DNA from: Paramecium tetraurelia
Taxonomy: Eukaryota
Length of the DNA: 64,000 nt
Direction of reading: 5' to 3'
NCBI GenBank assembly: GCA_000165425.1
Contig: CT868241.1
Span: 434,001-498,000, forward strand
Position 1 is the first letter of the stretch. Every line of letters begins with the position of its first letter. The notes under the pieces were generated by a model. That model was given only the letters and a program-made list of their open reading frames with translations, ran no database searches and was not told the origin of the DNA. Below are positions 38,486-52,675 of the stretch, piece by piece. A program made the translations under genes and the position numbers.

Positions 38486-40131
38486 AATGAATTAATTATA
38501 ATTATCATAAGCATAGTCACCAAGAGAAAGTAATTTCGATTATGAAGAATAACCTCAAATATAGTCAATTCAATTACATTAAAGTAGGGCAGCGCTTTAA
38601 ATTATCACTAATGTAATCTTACTAATATAAGGAATCTAGATATAAATTTTGGTTGCTATATTTTAAATATTCTTAATACTTTTTAATTCATATATCGCCT
38701 TTGATTTAAGCTATAAGATATCAATTCTATATGTAACAATTTTGCATTTTCTCTAAATCATCAAAATCGGCGTATATAATAATAAGTAAAGTTAAAGAAT
38801 TAATTTTGTCTAGGAAATTATATCACAACCAGTATTGCTGCATATAGATATTTTGGGGAATTCTCTCCATCTCCTATTATGTAATATATATGAATTTAGC
38901 TTTAAAGGGTTGCTTAATATATTTCTTAGAAAACGATGACTTCCCTATTTAGTATCCGATACTCATGCATTTGATATTCACTCTTACATGGTTTGTGTTA
39001 GCACTACACACGTATTTAAAAAATAAAAATGAAAAAAGCTTTATATTAGTGGTAAACGATTATAATTAATTTAGTTGACAGTTCTATTAAGGTTTTTTTT
39101 AGTTCTCCAACTAATGATGGTCAATCTTAAATAAATTCAATGGATAGATTGGGAATGGCTTTATGTATTTACAATACTTTGGATATTCTTGTCTATTATT
39201 TGTATTTTTTAAATCATTTTTTTATTTGATTTTATTTGCAAAGCAGCCTAATTTTTGTAAGAAAGAGATCCACTCAATAGGGAATCAATTAATCAGTAGA
39301 GTACACATATTAAGCAGGTTTAGTTATAGGATCACTATGGATTAATTTACTAGTTTTGTGCATTTCTGCCCTTCCAACCTTTAGTATGGTGTGCTACACT
39401 ATAAAGTTATCGACAGGAAAAGAAAGCTATAATTCTCTGTCAATAACCTTATCAGTTATTTACTCTTTAGTTTTTATAGTCTTTACATTGTATTATCGAA
39501 CGGCTTTGAGGTTAGAAATATATTTTATTGAATAAGCCTATTTGTTTCTCAAATCCAACAATCAAGAGGAATAGAAACCAATAGTGAAATCAATATGGAT
39601 AATTTATAAAGATATCGATTGAATTCTCCGAGTTCTAAACATAAAAATCACTTAATAAAAAGCAAAGATTAGATCCTAATACAGCTTCCCTAATATTTAG
39701 TATAATATTATATTTATGGCAAGATTAGATTATCACAAACCTACTTTTTGCCAGCGATTAATAGTGATAATTCTTCATAGTTAAAGCAATCATAATAACT
39801 ATAAGCTCAATAATAGCATATCAAAAAGAATAAAACAGATTCTGAATAACCTAAATTAAGCAATCGTGTTTCTCTTACTGAAATTAATTCTGATAAAGAT
39901 ACACAATGCTTTAATTGTTATTAAAATGAAAGCTGTGCTGTCTATATGCCCTGTGGACATGGTGGATTATGTGTGAAGTGTGCCACAGAATGGTTTACTG
40001 AGAAATAAGAGTGTTTAATTTGTAGAAAAGTAATTAATTTCTTCATTTTCATTTAGCCTGTTGAGTCTGTTGTAAAAGTTTCATAGTCTGAATAAAATAA
40101 AGTGTAGGTAATTGATGTATTGGCTTTTTGA
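38486..40131 (+). CDS. Multi-pass membrane protein with C-terminal C3HC4 RING (putative E3 ligase)
   Basis: The RING reads CFNCYQNESCAVYMPCGHGGLCVKCATEWFTEKQECLICRK. Hydrophobic helices lie at about 38950-39420. Confidence 0.85.
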
Positions 40132-40182
40132 AAATTCTTTTATTATTTCTATTGATAATTCAATAATTAATATTATTTTCAT

Positions 40183-40670
40183 ATGAAATCAAAAATATTG
40201 AACACTGGCTCAATTCCTGAAAAAAAGCCAACCGTTTATTTAAATGATGGATAAGGAAGGGACACTTATATTTCTTATAACAATGGTGGGAATTTTGCTT
40301 AAGAGTTTCGCTTTTTAGCATCACCTAAATAGCCAACTTCAATGCGGTTGAAATACAATTATAGTGTTCAATAAGATTATTCAACACCAAGAATCTATTA
40401 CTAAGGAGATGGAACAGGTAGAGACACCTATATTTTGTAATTTAATGTTTGATAATAATTAGATAAAATGTTAAAGATAAGTGCATCTCAGGTTAACTAA
40501 ATTACAAGTCTATGCTAAGAAGTGATACTAATTTTGGTTAACTTCAGAAGTATAGATATTAATTGCCTCCTCTTGCTAAATAAAAAATGGGTCTCATCCA
40601 TTAGTAGCAAAAAGTCCAATCAAGTCGATTGTCAATGCCTAAAGGCAAGCTATTTTTTAATGAAGAGTGA
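40183..40670 (+). CDS. Small protein with two DGxGRDTYI motifs
   Basis: It contains NDGQGRDTYISYNNGG and YQGDGTGRDTYI, with one intron. TGA at 40668-40670. Confidence 0.7.
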
Positions 40671-40839
40671 TTCTCTAAATATTCAAAATAAATAATATTT
40701 TTATTCGTAAATTTTTGGTACATTGTTATTTATACAATATAAAATAAAATCAAGAATGAAATGGTTGATATTTAATAATTATTATATTTATTGGCAATAC
40801 TATTTAAAATAAACATAAAATATAAATCTTTTAAGAAAC

Positions 40840-41159
40840 TCATTCAAAATATTTTTTCTAAAGTGAAAATAGAACTTTACAATGAACTCTCTAATAATTC
40901 ATAAATTTCGTTAATCTTGTATAAACAGGCCTAATGAAACTATTAACAATAAATACTTTGACACTCCTGTTAGTTTCCTCGATTATCAATTTAAAATACT
41001 TTCTTAAATGGTTAAATGGTAACTTAAATTATAATTTTAGAACTATTTATTACCTGTATCTAATAAGCTGAATGATCTAAGAAGTTTAGACTTTGTAATA
41101 ACTTAATTATAAGCCACTTACAAAGTAGATTTCTATTGATCTTCCAACATATTAGCCAT
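40840..41159 (-). CDS. Possible small hypothetical protein
   Basis: An open frame MANMLEDQQKST.. with one plausible intron and no recognisable domain. Confidence 0.3.
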
Positions 41160-41257
41160 CTTTTAAATTAGATATTTACTAAATAAGAAAATAATATGGT
41201 GATCAATAGGTTTTATTAGGATAATTTGACATGATAATATTAAATAAATAACATTTT

Positions 41258-43447
41258 TCACATTGGAGTACACATTTTCTCATTGAGTTCTCTCCTTTTA
41301 TCAAAGTTGCTGATTATTTGACTTTATTATGGTAATTTGTTTTCTACTTTGCTCTTTTAATTTTAATTTTAGCCTTTATTATCATTATCATTATTTTTTC
41401 TCTTTTCTTATTTTTTCTCTCTATTATCTTTATTATCTCTATTATCTCTATTATCTTTATTATCCCTGTTATCTCTATTATCTTTATTATCCCTGTTATC
41501 TCTATTATCTCTTTTATCTTTTTTTTCTTTATTTTCTCTATTATCCCTCTTTTCTTTATTATTTCTATTATCTTTATTGTCCCTGTTATCTCTATTATCC
41601 CTATTGTCCCTGTTATCTCTATGTTCTCTGTTTTCTCTATGTTCTTTGTTGTCTCTATTGTCTCTATGATCTCTATTATCTCGATTGTCTCTATTATCCC
41701 TATTGTCTCTATGATCCCTATTATCTCTATTATCCCTATTGTCTCTATTGTCTCTATTATCCCTATTGTCCCTGTTATCTCTATTATCCCTATTGTCTTT
41801 ATTATCTCTATTGTCCCTGTTACCTCTATTATCTCTATTGTCCCTATTATCTCTATGTTCTCTGTTTTCTCTATGTTCTTTGTTGTCTCTATTGTCTCTA
41901 TGATCTCTATTATCTCGATTGTCTCTATTATCCCTATTGTCTCTATGATCCCTATTATCTCTATTATCTCTATTATCTCTATTATCTCTATTATCTCTAT
42001 AATCCCTATTATCTCTGTTATCTCTATTATCTCTTCTATCTCTATCATCCCTTCTATCCTTGTTATAGCTCATATTATCTATGTTACTTTATTACTTATT
42101 AATCATACTCCTTTCATCCCTAATAAAATTTTAATTCAAATTTGGATAATTAAATTAAGAAAATTCATTTTAATTTTGGAAACTTCTCTAGGTACCGTCA
42201 TTTTAATGATGGTACACATTTGATTGATGAAAAAATTATGATTAAGAATCTGTAAACTATTCTTCCATCCTTTTATTTCTTAGTTCAGTATTTCTAACAT
42301 ACCTGTTATTATTGTTATGATTATTACCAGTATTCCCAAAATCTTATTAAAATTATTGTTAATGATGTTCACGTATTTAGCTTTGTTATTGGGAAGGAGG
42401 ATAAGGCTAGAATTTCTAATTATTAAAATTAGGATTTTAATTCTGCTTTGGAATAGATATTTCTTCAAAGCCATCCTCATCGGGGATTTTAGAATGTTTA
42501 AAATTATGAGCATAATCAAAGTATTCTTATGGTCTTTGGTCAAATCTCTAATATTTATTTTAAGACTACACTTCCTACTCTTATCTATAATTATAGGTGA
42601 AATTTTTGTTGGATTACTCCATTTAATCAAACGTTCTGTTGAATTAATTCGTTTAATTGAAATTTTTGTTGTATTACTCCATTTAATCAAAGGTTCTGTT
42701 GAATTAATTAGTTTAATCGAAATTTTTGTTGAATTAATCTTAATCTTATTAAAAAGATGCATATATATCCTTATGCTTGATAATTGATTCTTGTAACGAG
42801 GATTTAAAATCTACTTAGCTTCTATAATATCTTTCGCCTTCTTTATTTTCAACTTAATCTTCTTATGCTTATTCCTGATCTTCATCTTCTGAGCTTTCTT
42901 CTTCTTACTAGATGTCGTTTGTTGATGTAAGATCATATAGCTCTCTAATCATTGGATCATGATGTTTAAGAGATTCAGATCTCTCATCAAATAAAGATTT
43001 TTAATATCCTGGCTTTTACATTTCTTCCTAAGTTGGATTAAAGGTAAGTTTGATTATTATGGACGAGATTTTTACACTTATATTAACATCAACTAATCCC
43101 TCCTCCAAAGGTTCGTAATGGGTAAATTTTTCAATGTTGTCGATTAGAGAAATCTAGAATGTATTATGAATATATCCATACTTCATGAAGTTTAGGAAAT
43201 TTTTCTTTCAAAATTTTGGCCATCATTATAGCATTAGCAGCTGTTTTCTCATAAGCAACTAAATGGATAGAAGAAAATTCTAATGTAAATTTGATTTATT
43301 ACTTTCATCTTTTAAAAGTCTTATTGCTTTATCAATTAATTTATGGATTCCCTAATTCACAGAGATTACATTTTATGCATAGGGAGGTTGGAATGTGCTC
43401 TTAAGGTATTTATTTTTTGTCGAATTGGTGTTATGATATTTTTACAT
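41258..43447 (-). CDS. Alba (Rpp25/Mdp2-like) domain protein with long low-complexity (DNR)n tail
   Basis: After two introns the N-terminus reads IHLVAYEKTAANAIMMAKILKEKFPKLHEI..YEPLEEGLVDV..SSIIIKLT..KPGYQ, which is the eukaryotic Alba/Rpp25 pattern. It ends MCTPM-TGA at 41258. Confidence 0.8.
41415..42058 (-). repeat. 9-nt minisatellite (GATAATAGR) encoding (Asp-Asn-Arg)n, about 70 units, with an internal higher-order duplication
   Basis: ORF 41408-42073 reads RDNRDNRD.... The block DHRDNRDNKEHRENREHR recurs 234 nt apart (41621 and 41855). Confidence 0.95.
42598..42740 (-). repeat. 60-nt tandem repeat (about 2.3 copies, 30-nt subunits) encoding Q/N/F-rich decapeptides
   Basis: Rows 42601, 42661 and 42721 align almost base for base. 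The translation is QFNKNFDQTNQFNRTFDQMEQYNKNFNQTNQFNRTFDQME. Confidence 0.9.
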
Positions 43448-43715
43448 TAAATTAATATTTATAATAATAATAAACAATGAATTTCAAAGAAGATAATAAT
43501 GTCTTTTGATTATCATTGAGTTTGTAATGGATAGAAGGTGAGATTAATGATTTATATGTTAATTCTGACTCAACAGTACTTTAATTCAGATTAATTTATA
43601 TTTAATTAAATTGAGTAATCTACTATTAATTTGAAAATGATGAGTTAAGCAAATATATTATCAAGTTACATATAAGGTCTTATAAATTATAAATTATAAT
43701 ATAATTTATTAATTT

Positions 43716-45028
<1,313 letters not shown>

Positions 45029-45115
45029 TTAAATATCATTTTTAAAATATGTATTTTTGTACTATACTAAGTTAATTTATTCAAAATTGCTATATAATAT
45101 TTATAAGAAATTGTA

Positions 45116-45538
45116 ATGATTGATTAGTAAACAAAAACACTTGATTAAATATATGGATGCAATTTCAAAAGAGTGCCATATCTTTATGGGGAGATGGAAG
45201 GAACAACTCCCTTCCCCATTAATGAAGCAGATGAGGATTTGGATTCTGATAAATAATAGTAATAAAACTAGCATAAAATAATATCCCCAATATAATTAAA
45301 GTCATAATTAAAACCTCTAATTTAAACCAGAAAAAGAAGACAAACAGTTCACAAATCCCCTGTAAATAAGTCTCAATTTGATAACCATATTGGGTTCAGA
45401 AATTCATTTTATAAGAGTAATAATAAAGTGAATCTGGTATCGAGATAGCGGGTTGAAGAATTGAAAAATTACGAGATCTCGATGTTTACTAAATACGCTC
45501 AGAGATTCTAATTGTAAAAGCAAGTCCTTTGGAATTGA
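45116..45538 (+). CDS. Hypothetical protein
   Basis: Uninterrupted ciliate-code frame MIDQQTKTLDQIYG..PINEADEDLDSD..QVLWN-TGA. Confidence 0.65.
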
Positions 45539-45751
45539 GTTGAATGGCTGATTTATAGTTTGAAAAGAGATCTAATTTTGTAATTTAATAATTATTATTT
45601 ATCATAAATTTAAAGATAACAGCCCATATTTATATATCGATATCCCCTATTATACTGCTAATATTTATCCTGCATTTTATTTTGATAAATTATTAGAATT
45701 ATATATAGATGAATTATTGAAGAATCTTATAAAATAATATATAAAATAATC

Positions 45752-46208
45752 ATGGATTAAGAAATATTTATTAAATAACCATTGGATGACGAAAAGATCG
45801 ATCAATATGAATAGTAAAGAGATCTTTAAATTTTTATAGGTAATCTTAATTAATGCAAAATGAAGAATCGCTGGAGCATTTGGTCAACTCGCTAATATAA
45901 AATTAATAGCTAGATGAAGAAGATTAATTTAAATAATAAATTGGAAAGCGCAGAATTAATGACTAAAGGTAATTTTTTCAACAATATCAATTTATACTAT
46001 CAGGTTTACATTCCAAGAAGATAAGCGTATCTTGGAATTAGTTTAATAGGTCGGTCCCAATTTTAACAAAATAGTCAAATAGTTTCCAGGCAAAACAATG
46101 AATATGATAAAAAATAGGTATTATAAAAAGCTGCGATACATTAAAGAAGATGTTCAAAATGATCAAGAATAAGTGAAAAAGCATTCTAAATCGAAAAAAG
46201 CCAATTGA
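45752..46208 (+). CDS. Myb/SANT-domain protein
   Basis: It contains QEDKRILELVQQVGPNFNKIVKQFPGKTMNMIKNRYYKKLR. Confidence 0.8.
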
Positions 46209-46348
46209 TTTTTTGATTTATTTATAGACTAACTAAGCTACTTTTGTTTTTTTATGTAAATGCCATGCTTTTTTATATTATTTTATTCATATACAACATT
46301 TTATTATTTTTATTAATTAAAATATTTATATTAAACAATTTTACTTCT

Positions 46349-46689
46349 ATGCAATCATAAAAAAGAGGACAATAACACAAACAAGGATATCAAGCAGATT
46401 TAAATAAATATTTTGGAAAGAGATTAAAAATTAAGTTAAATGCAAAACGAACAATTATTGGTACTGTGATTGGGTAAAATTAATTCTTATAAAAAATAGA
46501 TTTGATATTTTCATGAATCTAGTGCTTGATCATTGCAAAGAATTGATTCCAGGATAAGGAGCAGAGAATAAAGATAATCTTTATCCAGGCTTTTCAAATG
46601 TCACAGATCAACTAGTTGATATTGGATAAGCAATTGTGAGAGGCAACTCAATAATTATGTGGGAATGTTTGGATAAAGTTAAAGACTGA
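46349..46689 (+). CDS. SNRPG: Sm core protein G
   Basis: It reads DLNKYFGKRLKIKLNAKRTIIGTVIG|FDIFMNLVLDHCKE..IGQAIVRGNSIIMWECLDKV, with an inserted loop between the Sm1 and Sm2 motifs. Confidence 0.8.
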
Positions 46690-47029
46690 CTGAATATATA
46701 AACAATACAATAAATAGAAATTATTCCATTGAATTATTTGCTAATCTCACACTAATCCTATAATTGTGGCTATTTGGTTAATTTAAAATTAAAGTACCTC
46801 TAATTCATTCATTTTCATATCTCTTTGCCTGTAAGCATCTTAAATGAGGTTTGATTGAGGAATAAAATGACTAGTGAAGAAATGGCATGTTGTAAATATA
46901 TTGATTTCATTAAAAATTGAATAATTCAATAAAATTAATAAATTAATTAGAAATGTTTTTTGTAATAATTAAGAATACCTTTTATTTCTATATTTTGATA
47001 CACTCTATCTTTTCTTTGCTGAGTTTATT

Positions 47030-47500
47030 GATATGTTTAGATAATGATATAGATCACTTTGAAATTTAATGTCCAAGAGTAATTATTTATTTTATGTTAG
47101 TTGAGTAATAAAATCAAAGAATTCATAGCAGGAATATTCAAGCCATTTTTGCCAGAAGTTATCGAATTTTTAGTTGGAAAAATATTAATGCGTGATCTAA
47201 GGATTGTGAATGCTCTTATATTTTCAGGAATATTAGAAATTGTTTTAGCTATATTAGGAGGATTGTATATATGGCATTTGATTTTAGCTACTACATTATG
47301 GTTGAAACTCCAAAGCCTATATAAAAGAGCCTTAGAATAATTGCAAAATGCTGTTTCTTTTTAGGATTAGTATTATGGATTGCCATTTATTGCAGCGGAA
47401 TTGGTTTAAGAAAACTATTTGAAATACTGCATATTGTTTATTAAAACCCATAAAATGTAGAAAATTATTCAAACGATTTATAAGAATTTATATAAAAGAG
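47030..47500 (+). CDS. Possible hydrophobic protein or decayed gene
   Basis: A hydrophobic open frame spans ORF 47101-47340. Start and end were not resolved. Confidence 0.3.
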
Positions 47501-48045
47501 ACAAGAAGAAATTTTGGAGTATTATTTCTGATTGCATAAACATATTTCTAAATTTATATAAAAACATTCTTTTTTAGTGGGAGAAATTCTCAAGATTTCT
47601 GATCAATTTTTGATGAATATTTTAATGGATGATAATTTAATATCGCTTTGATTGTAAGAATTTATGTTCTATATTAGAAATAAGAAGTGTAATGTAAATC
47701 AATATGGATACACAATAATATGTTATAATGATATTAATCGATTTTAAATCAATGATGAAAAAAAAATTCATTCTTATTAAATTTTTTAGAATAGATATTT
47801 CCCAAAATCCAAGTTATTGTTAACTTATTTTAATATCAAACCCTACCAATGTTTTAATTTAATTTTTCTCCATTTTTAGAACAAATCTTCTAAGCTCATA
47901 GTCTTGGTTAATTAGTTTAAAAAAATTGTATTTCCTTTTCTACTCCTCAACATATAATATTCAATGTATATCTAGATTACGTCAGCGTTTATTAGAGAAT
48001 ATAAAAAAAATTCATTGTAAAGAATTAAATAATTCTAATTCCTTA

Positions 48046-51000
48046 ATGGCTTCTATTGCCTAATAGATACTTGTAGTTTTCTAAAAGAATTACATGGTTT
48101 ATTTCTAAGAAAAGCAATTCATTGGTGAATTTGCAGTGCCAATAATTGTGTTCGCTATGCTGATGGTGGCACGTAAAAATTTAAGAATATTCTTAAAATT
48201 TAGAAAAGGAGAATAATCCTGTTTTCCTTGAAGTAGTGGCTGAGTTTGTACCTATGACCTTTCTGGCGACATCTAGATATATCGTGATATAAATGATAGC
48301 TGAAAAGAGCGAAAGACAAAAAGAGATTTAAAAGGTAAAGTATATGAGTGAAATGTAGATTATGGGTTTAAAAGGATCAGCATATTAATTAGGATGGCTT
48401 CTATTTAATTTCTCAAGATTGATATCAGTTTGCTTTATATTTTTGTTGTTAACAGTACCCTCCAATTGTTTTGCTCATCCCAAACTTGGTCAAACATATT
48501 TGGATTCAGGTTAAATTATTGGAAGTTTTATTTTGTTTGGCTTAAGTTAATGTTCTTAATCATACTTCATAACTGCTTTGTTTGATTAACCAAGAAGTGG
48601 GGCAGACATGTCAGTCATAGTAACCATTATTGGTTCATTTTGTGCTCAATTATTAAATGTTGGAAACGTGAATAGGTATTGATGTATGCAATTAATATAG
48701 TAATGGAGGACTTCTAATACTTCTGGGATTTTGTTTTCCAACTTTTGGTTTTGATATTTTTGTCTTTCCTTAATTGGGAGGCATAGTTAATTAGGACTGG
48801 GGAATTAGTATAGAAGGTTATTTTGTATTATAAGCATCCACTGCTTTGATCTATGCATTCCTGTATTATTACCTTGAATAAGTATTGCCTAATGAATATG
48901 GTACTAATAAACATCCTCTATTTTTCTTTGGGTTTAAATATCAAACAGAAACTGATGTGTTATCGTCATCATATGAGTTAGGAGGAATGGGAAAACCATT
49001 TATTAGCAATAGATAATCAGAATTTTAGGAGGATGCAAGCTCTGCTATTTATCATGAAGTTTTTGAGAACATCAAACAAGTGAAAGTATGTTAAAATGTA
49101 TATACTTTAGAAAGCAATCTAAATTAAGAATGTTAGAAAAAGTTATGGAGAACTTAAGGCTGTAGACGGAGTTACATTATAAATTTATGATTCGCAAATT
49201 CTGTGTTTGTTAGGTCATAATGGAGCAGGCAAAACTACTTTGATCTCTTTACTAACTGGATTAATAAAAAGGGATAGCGGACTCATCTCATATTATAATA
49301 CTGATACTGATTTCGAGGATATTAGATCTTATTTGGGTATTTGTCCTCAAAGAGATGTCCTCTATGATTCAATGACATGCGATCAACACTTATGGTATTA
49401 TGGAAAGATTAAGGGAATTGAAGATAAATAATTGTACTTAGACATTGATTTGATAATTAATAAATGCGATCTTTTAAATGACAGAGCTAAACTTGCCAAG
49501 AATTTATCAGGAGGAACTAAAAGAAAACTAAGTTTAGCTATATCTTTAATCGGTTAATCAAAAGTAGTCTTTTTAGATGAGCCTACCTCTGGCATGGATC
49601 CAATTTCAAGAAAAAAGATCTGGGATATTCTATTACAAGTTAAGAGTGAAGGAAGATGCTTAGTGTTGACAACTCATCATTTGGATGAAGCTGAAGTTCT
49701 CTCAGAAAGAATAGCAATAATGGCAAAAGGGAGACTACTAACTGTAGGTTCAGTTGATTTTGTCAAAGTCAATTTTGGAATTGGTTATCATCTCAATATT
49801 TATAATAAAGGAAGTTCTGATTGGGAGAAGAAATCCAAAAATATATTAGCTCTAACAAAAAAATGCGTTCCTTCATCTAGAGAGAATCCTCAAACTCCTT
49901 AAGAATGCTTAAGTTTCTCAATCAATTTTGACAAAAAGGAGGAGCTCTTACCCCTATTCCAATAATTAGAGAAAGATCCATAAATTGAATTGAACTTGAT
50001 TATGAATACTTTAGAAGAGGCATTCATTAACATCGGAATGGATGAAGAGACTTTCTTATAAAAAAAAGTCTAGGGTCTTTAGGCTACTTAAGATACTACT
50101 TAAGTTAATTTGAATGAAGAGTTAAATAAAATAGTCCCACCCTCTTGTTTGAGTAGACCTCCTATTTTTAACTTTGGTTTACAGTTGTGGTCATGTCTTT
50201 TAAAAAAGCACTATAATGTAACCACAAAGAGACTGATAATTGGGATCATTATGCCAGCTGTCTTCATTATTTTAGGACCACTTTTATCTACAGTTTATTA
50301 TAAGTCATTTGTAAATAAAAATGCTGAATAATACGAAAATGAATTTTATGAGAATGCATTAGCTGTGTTTGATTCATATGGTTATATCATTTTGGGGATA
50401 GCAATAGCCAGCTCATAGGTAGGCAGTCAACCTGTTGAGGAAAGAGAAAAAAAGCAGAAATATGCATTAAATGTGATGGGATGCAGAATATTGCCATTTT
50501 GGTTAGGCTATTACATTTATGATCTGTTGATAAGTATAATTTTACTGGTGATCTTTATAATAACAGTAGTGGCATGTGGTTACACAGAATTAAACAATGG
50601 AGTCTTTTATACATTGGTGTTTTTTAATTTCTTTGCTTACTTACCATTTTCATATATGTTGTCTTGGATGTTTAATTCATTCAATTCAGCTGTTAAATCT
50701 TTACTGATTATTCAAGTGATTGGATTTTATTTGATTGCCATTATAATTTATTTAGTGTCATTTAAGAATGAAGCTGGACTATGGATCCTAACATTCGTAT
50801 GTCCTTCTTTATCCTTTTTCTCAGGATGTGTAACCTTTTTAAATGGTTTAAAACTAATAGGTGCAAATGGTAAGGTGCAACATGTAAGTGCTTTTGGCGA
50901 TGACATTAGACCATACGTTTTCATAATCATTCTATTTTTCTAAGGTCTAGCTTATTTTGGAATTACTCTATTGCTTGATAATAGACAATTGTTGGCTGCT

Positions 51001-52136
51001 AATAATAGTGGTTAATTAGGGACAATATCTGATTAAGATGTATTGACAGAAGAGCAAAGAGTATTGGATTAAAGATGTTAAGATAGAATTTTGGCTAGAA
51101 AGATTTCAAAAACATATGCGAATGGATTTTAAGCAGTCAAAGGAACATCCTTTGGTGTAGAACCAGGAACAATATTTGGATTACTAGGACCTAATGGAGC
51201 TGGTAAATCAACTACCTTCAATATGATAACATCAAGATTGAAGCCATCCTCTGGAAATATTTACTTAGAATAGGTGGAAATTAAAAAAGGTTTGGGAGAA
51301 GTGTATTAAAATGTTGGAATTTGTCCACAATTTGATAGTTTATATGATATTGTATCAGTCAGAAGACATCTCTAATTATGGGCATATTTGAAGGGATTGA
51401 AGGGATAAGAATTAGAAGAGTCAATCTTGTATTTCTTAAAGGTGATGTAACTAGAGAACTATGAAAATTCATTGGCTGGACAATTAAGTGGAGGGAACAA
51501 ACGAAAGTTATGTGTGGCATTGGCTCTTATGGGTGGAACAAACATGTAATTCTTCGATGAACCATCTTCTGGCGTTGATCCAATTGCTCGTAGATTCTTG
51601 TGGAATGCTATCCAATAAGGTGTTAAATTAAGATAGAGTTCTGTTATTTTAACCACACATACTATGGATGAAGCTGAAAGTCTGTGCAACAAAATTGCCA
51701 TTCAAGTTAATGGAGCTTTTGCTTGTATAGGATCTGTCTAACATTTGAAATAGAAATTCGGTGAAGGGTACAGAATTGTAATTGATCCAATTAATCAAGT
51801 ATTTCATTATTCTATTCTTAGGAAAGTGTCTCATAAATATAACAATAATTATCCCAAAACTTTGGAAAAATAGATTTTAATTTGGATGAACATACTGGAA
51901 AGATCATTTGCAAGTTTCCTATTCAAGGATTCTAATTTTACCAAACATTCTACACCTTTTAATAAGTCTTACTAAATGAGTTAAAACTAATCAAAGACTT
52001 TTAGATAAGTTAACCGAACCTCGAATAGATATTTGTTCAATTTGCAGCTTAACAAGTTGCTGAACAAGAGAAAGTGCAAATTCAAAAGAATTGTTGTTCA
52101 ATACCTATTCTCTGTGGAAATGATGAGGATAATTGA
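48046..52136 (+). CDS. Full-length ABCA-family transporter (TMD-NBD-TMD-NBD)
   Basis: NBD1 reads [31 protein letters not shown] and [13 protein letters not shown]2 reads [20 protein letters not shown] and [14 protein letters not shown]-type EK/ERE..K..MG motifs follow the TM2 helices. Confidence 0.93.
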
Positions 52137-52213
52137 TAATTTAAATTCTTTATAAAATTTATATAATTAAGAATTCACTTAAATTTATATTATTAACATA
52201 TATAGGAATTAAT

Positions 52214-52615
52214 TCAATTTTATCTAATTTATTAATACTTGTTATTTTGACGTTGTTTACCCTCGCCTTCTAGATTAAATACATTGCTTAAATTGATGCT
52301 TTCATTAACTTCGCCAGGATTATAATTGTCATTATGATCATTTTTTTTTTCTGGCTCTTCTTCAATTACGAAAAATTCCTTCTTTGTACCCGATGTATCC
52401 ATTCTATTTTACAATTTTTTTTCTTCTTGGACTTTATCAGACTTAGGATGATCCTTGAAATTTTTGGAATTATTTTAATATTTAGGTTACGAATTCTGTT
52501 TTCTTCGGCATAATCTATATGTAATTAGCCCAATTATTAAAATTCCAAAGATTACTCCAAAAATGAGAATCCATTCAGTCGTAGAATCAAGTTGAACAAG
52601 TAATCTTGAAACCAT
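52214..52615 (-). CDS. Small single-pass membrane protein
   Basis: It begins MVSRLLVQLDSTTEWILIFGVIFGILIIGLITYRLCRRK and has a charged tail. Confidence 0.7.
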
Positions 52616-52675
52616 TTTAGTATGAGTTTTTAATTTAAATAAACAATAAATATATATCTATAATGACTAATGATC

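Noticed and set aside
41415..42058. CRISPR-like or telomeric array
   Set aside because: There are no unique spacers and no G4T2/G3T3 units, so it is a coding minisatellite.
41329..42223. Long ORFs in four frames and strands (YYLYY.., IIEII.., SIIS..)
   Set aside because: They are shadows of the 9-nt repeat. Only the minus-strand DNR frame connects to the upstream Alba domain.
42280..42787. Standard-code ORFs of 156-160 aa on both strands
   Set aside because: They are alternative frames over the Q/N-rich part of the Alba gene.
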